Shown here: piece by piece, positions 48,292-55,410 of the stretch
Layout: each line of letters opens with the position of its first letter
Numbering within the stretch: the stretch's first letter is position 1
IMG/VR virus record: IMGVR_UViG_3300031578_000045
Location: 1-55,410 of that record
DNA: 55,410 nucleotides
Origin: a virus
Lineage: Duplodnaviria; Caudoviricetes
Strand: one strand, 5' to 3'
Position numbers and translations under genes: made by a program
Notes under the pieces: model-generated
What the model saw: the letters and a program-made list of their open reading frames with translations, nothing else
The model's database searches: none
What the model was told of the DNA's origin: nothing

Positions 48292-49317
48292 ATGAAAGTA
48301 AAAGATCAATTACTTACAGATCAATATGCTATTTATAATGGTGATAACATGAGCGTATTACCTACATTAAATGAAAATAGTATTGATTTAAGTGTGTATA
48401 GCCCTCCCTTTTTAAGTCATAAAGGTAGCGGATTATATAATTATTCATCTAGTGAAATGGATTTAAGTAACTGCGAAACAAAAGAGCAATTTTTACAACA
48501 GTATGCTTTTATTATCGCTGAAATAGCCAGGGTAACAAAACCAGGTAGAATAAGTGCAGTACATGTAATGGAGGGCATTAATCAAAATGGGTCAAATTTT
48601 GACTTTCCACATGAAGTAGTTAAATTACACGAAAAATACGGGTTTCAATACAAAAATAGGATAAGTATATGGAAAGAACCATTAAAAGTGCGAATGCGTA
48701 CCATGGTAATGTCATTAATGCATAAGTTTATTGTAGAAGATTCTACCAATTGTTTTACAGCAAGTCCAGATTATGTTTTAATATTTAAGAAAAAAGGTGA
48801 AAATCAAATACCTGTAACACATCCTTATGGGTTAAAAAATTATGCCGGCGCTATTCCAATTTTACCAAATATGTTAACAGCTTTCAATAATGTTAATAAA
48901 ACAAAATTTAATGAAAATCAATTATGGCAATATTTAAATAATGAATATTATGATTCGAAAGAACCCAATAATAAATTAAGCCATTATATATGGCAGAGAT
49001 ATGCATCTAGTACATGGGATGATATTAGAATTGATGAGGTTTTACAATATAAAGAGGGCTCTGATGAAGATGATGAAAAACATATACATCCGTTGCAATT
49101 AGATGTTGTAGATAGATTAGTAGAATTATATTCTAATCCTAATGAAATAGTTTTAACGCCATTTATGGGTATTGGTACAGAAGTTTTTAGCCCAGTATCA
49201 CAAGATAGAAAGGCTCTAGGAATCGAGTTAAAAGATAGTTATTTTAAACAAGCTATTAAAAACTTAAAAGAAGTTAATTTAAGATTTAATAAAAACACAC
49301 AACAAAAACTATTTTAA
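48292..49317 (+). CDS. DNA methyltransferase (N6A/N4C, beta class)
   Basis: SPPF catalytic motif precedes the VLTPFMGIGT SAM-binding motif. Confidence 0.92.
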   Translation: MKVKDQLLTDQYAIYNGDNMSVLPTLNENSIDLSVYSPPFLSHKGSGLYNYSSSEMDLSNCETKEQFLQQYAFIIAEIARVTKPGRISAVHVMEGINQNGSNFDFPHEVVKLHEKYGFQYKNRISIWKEPLKVRMRTMVMSLMHKFIVEDSTNCFTASPDYVLIFKKKGENQIPVTHPYGLKNYAGAIPILPNMLTAFNNVNKTKFNENQLWQYLNNEYYDSKEPNNKLSHYIWQRYASSTWDDIRIDEVLQYKEGSDEDDEKHIHPLQLDVVDRLVELYSNPNEIVLTPFMGIGTEVFSPVSQDRKALGIELKDSYFKQAIKNLKEVNLRFNKNTQQKLF

Positions 49318-49318
49318 T

Positions 49319-49639
49319 ATGAAAAAATTAATAGAACGATCTTATAAAGCCATAAAAGCAAGGGGGCTAATAAAAGAAGATACTACCTGTGAAGATTTCT
49401 ACAATAAAATGTGTGAAGAATTACGGGAAGCTCAATTGACACAAATGGATGGATTTGGTCAAGATAGCGAAAGTCATTATATTGAAGAGTGTATAGATTT
49501 AGCTACTGTATGCTTTATGCAGGTGTTACATTTAGGTTATAATCCTATAAAAGAGTTTGAAAAGGTAGTTATTAAGAATGAAGAGAGGGCAAGGAAATGT
49601 ATACTCGAAAATCAATCGAAACACATAAAGGAAGGTTAA
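49319..49639 (+). CDS. MazG-like NTP pyrophosphohydrolase
   Basis: KMCEELRE..EECIDL..KNEER. Confidence 0.7.
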   Translation: MKKLIERSYKAIKARGLIKEDTTCEDFYNKMCEELREAQLTQMDGFGQDSESHYIEECIDLATVCFMQVLHLGYNPIKEFEKVVIKNEERARKCILENQSKHIKEG

Positions 49640-49806
49640 TTGAATTATCATTTGTAGACAAAGAAGGCAGGTTTCATAAATCAGTAGGCAAGATATATGA
49701 AACTGGTGATTTGGTAATGATTTTTGAAATAAACAAAGATGATCATTATATTTCTATGCCATACAAAAACATTTTAGACATTAATAAACCTGAGAAAGTA
49801 GTATAA
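49597..49806 (+). CDS. hypothetical protein
   Basis: ORF. Confidence 0.55.
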   Translation: MYTRKSIETHKGRLIELSFVDKEGRFHKSVGKIYETGDLVMIFEINKDDHYISMPYKNILDINKPEKVV

Positions 49807-49851
49807 ACAGTTCAAAAATGGTATATAAATTGTTCAATTAAAATTAATAAT

Positions 49852-50271
49852 ATGAGGAGTTATAATTCAGGAATACATAAAGCTATATTAGAAGAGCTTG
49901 TAAAAAAAGCGGCTAAATTTTATTCTATTAATCCTAATGATGTGTATAATAAAAGCCACAAACGTGAACTATCTGAAACAAGAAAAATTATAATGTTTTC
50001 TTTAAAATGTTTATATCCTAAGTTATCATGGGCTAATATAGGGGCGGTATTTATTAAAGACCATTCTACAGCATTATTGTCATATAAATCTATTAGTAAT
50101 TTAAGGCAAACTGAACCAAAACTTAATGAATTTATAGATATATTGATCGAAGATATGCGGGAATTTATAGATAATTTTAAGATCGCTTCATCAATTTTTC
50201 TATATGGTGATATTTATAATAAACACTTGGTATTTAAAGCTTTATTAGGTTATACTTATAACGGGGGTTAA
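49852..50271 (+). CDS. DnaA domain-IV-like HTH protein
   Basis: KSHKRELSETRKIIMF..LSWANIGAVFIKDHSTAL. Confidence 0.8.
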   Translation: MRSYNSGIHKAILEELVKKAAKFYSINPNDVYNKSHKRELSETRKIIMFSLKCLYPKLSWANIGAVFIKDHSTALLSYKSISNLRQTEPKLNEFIDILIEDMREFIDNFKIASSIFLYGDIYNKHLVFKALLGYTYNGG

Positions 50272-50443
50272 TTATGAGAACAATAAGAAATAAGAAATAC
50301 GGCAGGATTAAAATTAAAGAGATATCACGGGAAGAACTTGAACATTCACAAGCTTGCTCAATGTGCTGTTTAAAAACAGAATGCTATAATAATATTTGTC
50401 AGGAATTGGGGTTAAAGGATTTAGAAATACCATATAAAAGATT

Positions 50444-50776
50444 ATGAAACTACCTAACTTACTTGGAACGGCTGCCATAAGGTCCCACTCCTGGGAACAA
50501 GGTAAGGACGCGATTGATAAACTTATTGATTATAAACATAATAAGATTAAAACAATGGAAACATTTTATTTAAACGGTAAAGTAACCATAAGTGTACGTA
50601 CTAAAGTTCAAGCTGAAACGATTGAGGAAGCTATTGAAATAGCAGAAAATAGAGGAGTAGTAAAACGTCATTGGTTTAATGACGATGATATAAAATATTC
50701 TTGGGTAAATGATGTATACGATGGCGAAGTTTTTGATATTAACGATATTAAATTTACTAAAGAACTAATAAAATAA
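50444..50776 (+). CDS. hypothetical protein (start may be METFY)
   Basis: VQAETIEEAIEIA. Confidence 0.6.
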   Translation: MKLPNLLGTAAIRSHSWEQGKDAIDKLIDYKHNKIKTMETFYLNGKVTISVRTKVQAETIEEAIEIAENRGVVKRHWFNDDDIKYSWVNDVYDGEVFDINDIKFTKELIK

Positions 50777-50787
50777 TTATGCATTAA

Positions 50788-50951
50788 TTTGCGATACTAA
50801 ATAATTTAACTATCTTTAACAAAGCTTTAGAACGGCAAACGAGATGAAAAATCAGAAAAATATAACCCCCCCCGGGGCAATTTATCCGACAGAAGGCTTA
50901 TCTCGTGCCTGTTCTACTGTTCGGATATTTTGTTTTCCGGGGGGTGGTTTT
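50788..50951 (+). promoter_or_regulatory. promoter plus structured leader/attenuator B
   Basis: TTTG-N19-TATCTTTA; 50828-50845 complements 50900-50916 inside a long hairpin. Confidence 0.55.
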
Positions 50952-50969
50952 AATTAAATACAATGTATT

Positions 50970-51671
50970 ATGGCTGAAGGTAAAATTAGTGAGACAAACA
51001 AATCATGCCCTTTGTGTGGAGGTTTTGGAAGTTATACGACTGGGGGTTCTTTTGGAGGCGGGGTCACTACACATGAGTGTAGCTGTAAAATAGATAATAT
51101 GTTTAAAGAATTCAATAAAAGAAAATTTGAGAATTGTAAGTATTGCGGAATCCAATTAAATAAAACTATTGGCGAAATAAATAAAGCTAAAAAAGCAGGG
51201 TTAAATTTATTTTGTAATAGAATTTGTGCAGGACTTAATAGAAGGAAAAACAAAACCGCAGAACAAAATAAACTTGAAAAAAAAGAATACGACAGACTTT
51301 ATAGAGCCAAAAATAAGGAGATATTAAAAGCCAAAAAAGATGAATGGAGTAAAAAAGATTATCGTGAGAATCCAGAAAAATATAAACAAAAAAGGCGCAA
51401 GCAATATAGTAAACACCTTGAATATTTAAACACACCGAAATACAAAGCCTACAAAAAAGACTATGATGAAAAATATCTGGCTAAAAATAACTATGGTGAG
51501 TTTTGGGAGGCGGCTGTGATTTTGAAAAATATAAAAAATGAAATACCAAATTTTGAAGTAAAACAACAACAAAAATTAATTAATAAATCACAAAAAAGAA
51601 AAAGAAATTATGAAAAAATTAAATGCAAAGAATTTGAAAGAAGTACTTTGGGAAACATTGAACTTGGTTAA
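50970..51671 (+). CDS. Cys-rich, Lys-rich putative nucleic-acid-binding protein
   Basis: CxxC motifs, FCNRIC. Confidence 0.7.
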   Translation: MAEGKISETNKSCPLCGGFGSYTTGGSFGGGVTTHECSCKIDNMFKEFNKRKFENCKYCGIQLNKTIGEINKAKKAGLNLFCNRICAGLNRRKNKTAEQNKLEKKEYDRLYRAKNKEILKAKKDEWSKKDYRENPEKYKQKRRKQYSKHLEYLNTPKYKAYKKDYDEKYLAKNNYGEFWEAAVILKNIKNEIPNFEVKQQQKLINKSQKRKRNYEKIKCKEFERSTLGNIELG

Positions 51672-51819
51672 AGATGGTAATATGGAAGCTGGACAAGCCG
51701 ATTCGATTGCGACACAAAGTAGAGAGATTTTAAGAACTGTAAATACTCAATTAAGAATTTCTCAACAAGCAAAACGGAATGTTGGAACTGAGGTAATTGA
51801 CTTTGGGGAAAACACCTAA
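51610..51819 (+). CDS. hypothetical protein
   Basis: LKEVLWETL..QADSIA. Confidence 0.7.
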   Translation: MKKLNAKNLKEVLWETLNLVKDGNMEAGQADSIATQSREILRTVNTQLRISQQAKRNVGTEVIDFGENT

Positions 51820-51881
51820 TGAATAACCCGTAAAGGCATACTCAGGCGTTCAAGTCGCCTGACGGGGCAAATATTAATAGA

Positions 51882-52619
51882 ATGATATTAAACGAGCCAG
51901 AAGATAATTATAAAACTGGTTATATTTCCATTTATAGGAGTATAAGAAATCATTGGATTTGGAATGATCCTATAAAATTTAAGTGGTGGATAGATATTTT
52001 ATTAACTGTTAATTATATGGACAAAATTATAAATATTGGATACGATTTATATGAATGCAATAGGGGGCAATCAATACAATCGTTAAAAACGTGGGGCGAT
52101 AAATGGAACGTAAGTAAAGACACTGTACGCAACTTTTTTAGACTTTTATCAAAAGACAATATGATAAAATTGGAAAACTTAAAAAAAACTACACGGATAA
52201 CAGTTTGTAATTATGATAGTTATCAAGTTGTTTTACACGACAAGCAAACGACAAGCAAACGACAAGCAAACGACAAGCAAACGCAAGCTCACCCAAACAA
52301 TAAAGATAATAAAGATAATAAAGATAATAAAGATAATAAAGAAGAATTGTTTTTAAGATTTTGGGATAAATACCATTTAATAACCAAACTACCAAAAACA
52401 GACAAAGATTCTACAATGAAATATTGGAATAAATTAAAATATTTAGAAAAAGGAAAAGCTATAGACAATATACAGCTTTATTATGATAGTTTAAAAGAAA
52501 AGAAATACTGTAAAAAGGCTAGGACCTATTTATCTGATAAAAACTTTAATGATGAGTTTAACCCAGTATTAAATGAATTAACAACTTCGAAACCAAAACC
52601 ATTTGGAGGGTATAAATAA
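51882..52619 (+). CDS. replication initiator
   Basis: GYISIYRSIRNHWIW..ITVCNYDSYQ; internal iterons; precedes DnaB. Confidence 0.85.
   Translation: MILNEPEDNYKTGYISIYRSIRNHWIWNDPIKFKWWIDILLTVNYMDKIINIGYDLYECNRGQSIQSLKTWGDKWNVSKDTVRNFFRLLSKDNMIKLENLKKTTRITVCNYDSYQVVLHDKQTTSKRQANDKQTQAHPNNKDNKDNKDNKDNKEELFLRFWDKYHLITKLPKTDKDSTMKYWNKLKYLEKGKAIDNIQLYYDSLKEKKYCKKARTYLSDKNFNDEFNPVLNELTTSKPKPFGGYK
52237..52343 (+). repeat. iteron-like repeats, probable origin
   Basis: ACGACAAGCAA x4 (52237-52280) and AATAAAGAT x4 (52299-52334). Confidence 0.8.
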
Positions 52620-53986
52620 TGGATGAATTTGGAAAAATGCCACCACAGGCAATAGATTTTGAAGAGTTTGTATTAGGTGCGATACTTATAGAACCTATGG
52701 CTATTAATGATATTTGTGATATTATAATCCCAGAAAGTTTTTATAAAGACAATAATGCTAAAATATACCAAGCTTGTTTGGAATTATTAAAGGATAATAA
52801 ACCCATTGATATTATTACGGTCCCTGAACAACTAAGGAAAAATGGCTTCATTGATGAAGTTGGGGGAATAGCTTATATTACACAGTTGACAAATAGGGTT
52901 TCTTCATCTTTGCATGTAGTTTACCATGCTAAAATAATACAACAAAAAAACATCCAAAGGGAACTTATAATGGTATCAAACGAGATAAATAAAAGGGCTT
53001 ATGATGATTCTGTAGATATTCATGACTTGATAAACTACGCTGAAACAAGCTTATTAAACATCCAGGAAAACAACATAAATAAAGAGGCAATAAAAATTAG
53101 TGATATAGGCAGGGGAGAAATAGACTTGATGATAAAATTAAGCAAAAGCAAGGTTGAATTTACTGGAATCCCTTCCGGGTTTGTTACATTGGATAGGGTT
53201 ACAAGTGGATGGCAAAACACTGATTTAATCATTTTGGCAGGAAGGCCAAGCATGGGAAAAACTGCTTTTGTGTTATCGATAGCAAAAAATATGTGTATCG
53301 AATTTGGTAAAAAAGTAGGAATATTTAGCTTAGAAATGGGAACAGAACAATTATGGCGAAGGTTAATAAGCGGTTTATCAGGAATAGAAAACGGTAGACT
53401 AAGGAATGCTAATTTTCAAGAACATGAATGGATTAAAGTAGACAGCGCACAATCTAAGCTTGAAACATGTAATATGTATGTTGATGATACCCCAGGACTG
53501 AATATAATAGAATTACGGGCAAAAGCCAGAAGGATGAAAATGAAATATGGTATAGAGATATTTATTATTGATTACCTTCAGTTGATGTCAGGAGTGAATA
53601 AAAATAATGGCAACAGGGAACAGGAAATATCATCAATAACAAGGACACTTAAAATAATGGCTAAGGATTTAAACATCCCAGTAATATGCCTTTCCCAGCT
53701 CAATAGGTCTGTTGAAATAAGAGGAGGCGATAAAAGGCCTCAATTATCAGATTTAAGGGAATCTGGGGCTATTGAGCAAGATGCTGATATTGTTGGGTTT
53801 ATCCATAGGCCAGAATATTATGGAATTAATTTCTATGAAAACGGTGAAAGCACAGCAAATATTGTTGAGATATTAATCAAAAAACACAGAAACGGGGCAC
53901 TGGCTGAAGTTCTTTTAAAACGTAATCAATCATTTTCTGATATTTATGAAATAGACGAAAAATATGATATTGATGATATTTTTTAA
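52619..53986 (+). CDS. dnaB: replicative DNA helicase
   Basis: GRPSMGKT, FSLEM, IIDYLQL, LSQLNR, DLRESGAIEQDAD. Confidence 0.97.
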   Translation: MDEFGKMPPQAIDFEEFVLGAILIEPMAINDICDIIIPESFYKDNNAKIYQACLELLKDNKPIDIITVPEQLRKNGFIDEVGGIAYITQLTNRVSSSLHVVYHAKIIQQKNIQRELIMVSNEINKRAYDDSVDIHDLINYAETSLLNIQENNINKEAIKISDIGRGEIDLMIKLSKSKVEFTGIPSGFVTLDRVTSGWQNTDLIILAGRPSMGKTAFVLSIAKNMCIEFGKKVGIFSLEMGTEQLWRRLISGLSGIENGRLRNANFQEHEWIKVDSAQSKLETCNMYVDDTPGLNIIELRAKARRMKMKYGIEIFIIDYLQLMSGVNKNNGNREQEISSITRTLKIMAKDLNIPVICLSQLNRSVEIRGGDKRPQLSDLRESGAIEQDADIVGFIHRPEYYGINFYENGESTANIVEILIKKHRNGALAEVLLKRNQSFSDIYEIDEKYDIDDIF

Positions 53987-54140
53987 CTTAGCTTAACTAA
54001 TAAAACACAAATAAAATGATAAAAATTATAATAATAGTATCTATTTTAATACTTTTAGCCGGGTTTATAATCGGATTTTATACCCGAAAGATTTTGTTTA
54101 ACGATAAAAAACTAAGGAAATAACTAAAAAAAATTAAATT

Positions 54141-54560
54141 ATGAAAGTACACATTAAAACAACAAAAGAAGTTGAAATTAAGACTTTAGTAATTCATGCT
54201 AATGTACGCTATTGGGAAGATGCTACAATTAATGGTGAAAGTGATGAAGATGGAAATATAATACCCTGTAAAGATGGAAACTTATGGAAACCGATAATTG
54301 ATATTGATAGTGGTATTATCCAAAACTGGGATAAAGGCAATAAAGCAAGTATACACTTTAAAGTATGTGATGAAGGTAGTTATTACTTGCAAGATGAAGA
54401 AGGTAACATAATACTGTCGATTGAGGCAAATTATGTACCTAGAATTGCATGCCCGAAAGAAAATGGTTATGGCGATTACATAATTATGGATATTGACGAA
54501 AATGGACAAATTGCCAGATGGGACCCTAATATTGAAGATTTTTTAGACGATGAAGATTAG
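54141..54560 (+). CDS. hypothetical phage protein
   Basis: VRYWEDA..KVCDEG.Y..YGDYI. Confidence 0.8.
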   Translation: MKVHIKTTKEVEIKTLVIHANVRYWEDATINGESDEDGNIIPCKDGNLWKPIIDIDSGIIQNWDKGNKASIHFKVCDEGSYYLQDEEGNIILSIEANYVPRIACPKENGYGDYIIMDIDENGQIARWDPNIEDFLDDED

Positions 54561-54570
54561 TATTATTGAT

Positions 54571-54630
54571 TAACTAAAACACCCGGATAGTGACCGGCAT
54601 TATTAACCTAAACAAAAAACATGGAATTAT
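54571..54630 (+). repeat. 60-bp direct repeat, copy of 180-239
   Basis: Read directly. Confidence 0.95.
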
Positions 54631-55410
54631 GTGTAAATTTTTATCAGCAATAGGAATTAAAAATGGCGATATTATTTGTAACCCAAATATAGACAGCCAT
54701 GAGGATTTAATAAAAATGAATGATTTGAAAGAATCAAAAATACGCAACTGGACAAGGTTAGAATACTATCCAGACAATGAAAATGAATATCATCTAATTG
54801 AAAAATATAAACTCCATGTAGATGATGATATTGCAATATGGATAACCGATAGTTTGAAAAAAAAATGGATTAAAAAGCTTAATGCTAAACTATCTAGAAT
54901 AATCATTAAAGAGAACAAATATATACTACAAGGGAATACATATATTTTATCAGGAAATATATTAATAGAAAAATTAATATATTGCAGAATTTTTAACGCA
55001 GGGCATTCCACAATCGAGTACGCAGGGCATTCCACAATCGAGTACGCATGGTATTCCACAATCAAGGACGCATGGTATTCCACAATCAAGGACGCAGGGT
55101 ATTCCACAATCAAGGACGCAGGGTATTCCACAATCAAGGACGCAGGGCATTCCACAATCGAGTACGCAGGGCATTCCACAATCGAGTACGCAGGGTATTC
55201 CACAATCAAGTACGCAGGGCATTCCACAATCAAGGACGCAGGGCATTCCACAATCGAGTACGCAGGGTATTCCACAATCAAGGACGCAGGGCATTCCACA
55301 ATCGAGTACGCAGGGTATTCCACAATCAAGTACGCAGGGCATTCCACAATCAAGGACGCAGGGCATTCCACAATCGAGTACGCAGGGTATTCCACAATCA
55401 AGGACGCAGG
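54629..55410 (+). CDS. 8-aa-repeat beta-solenoid-like protein, 5' part (missed by the ORF track; continues at position 1)
   Basis: MCKFLSAIGIKNG..DSHEDLI.. is open to the window end, running into (Y/D)AG(H/Y)STI(K/E) repeats. Confidence 0.85.
   Translation, partial: MCKFLSAIGIKNGDIICNPNIDSHEDLIKMNDLKESKIRNWTRLEYYPDNENEYHLIEKYKLHVDDDIAIWITDSLKKKWIKKLNAKLSRIIIKENKYILQGNTYILSGNILIEKLIYCRIFNAGHSTIEYAGHSTIEYAWYSTIKDAWYSTIKDAGYSTIKDAGYSTIKDAGHSTIEYAGHSTIEYAGYSTIKYAGHSTIKDAGHSTIEYAGYSTIKDAGHSTIEYAGYSTIKYAGHSTIKDAGHSTIEYAGYSTIKDA
54995..55410 (+). repeat. 24-bp tandem repeat, 17 units plus a partial unit
   Basis: Same unit as 1-144. Confidence 0.97.

Noticed and set aside
46935-49317. Restriction-modification or DISARM-like defence system
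   Set aside because: The helicase plus methyltransferase pair is common in phage replication regions and has no cognate nuclease or accessory genes
54790-55401. Minus-strand Cys-rich repeat ORFs (54790-55401, 54974-55366)
   Set aside because: Antisense shadows of the 24-bp repeat; the + frame has a unique N-terminus and matches genome polarity
54995-55410. CRISPR array or DGR template/variable repeat
   Set aside because: Units are contiguous with no spacers, variation is not adenine-specific, and no cas or reverse transcriptase gene is present
1-55410. Integrase, IntI or lysogeny module
   Set aside because: No ORF with tyrosine- or serine-recombinase motifs of suitable size was recognised

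Overview
This window is an essentially complete ~55.4-kb, AT-rich, tailed (siphovirus-like) phage genome. The contig is broken inside a 24-bp tandem-repeat gene that runs from 54629 across the end and finishes at 186. All credible genes are on the + strand. The host is inferred to be Bacteroidota, from TTTG..TAnnTTTG promoters, A-rich Shine-Dalgarno-free leaders and Q-rule signal peptides. Core modules are terminase/portal/HK97-type protease/capsid (6-11.6 kb), neck and tail (12-30 kb), lysis (30-34.8 kb), RecE/RecT-like recombination, helicase plus methyltransferase, and an initiator with iterons next to DnaB. I found no integrase, reverse transcriptase or CRISPR array. Two signals stand out. 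(1) Four accessory loci (0.85-1.64, 31.6-33.7, 35.3-38.5, 43.9-44.2 kb) are arrays of about 20 small gene cassettes delimited by attC-like AAC..hairpin..GTT sites. These appear inverted relative to classical integron cassettes, genes often start inside the hairpin loop and stop in the TAAC core, and no integrase is encoded. (2) Five head/tail-region proteins carry Sec signal peptides and Bacteroidota O-glycosylation sequons (dense in three), suggesting exported, host-glycosylated virion parts. All functional calls come from motif recognition by eye; no database search was run.
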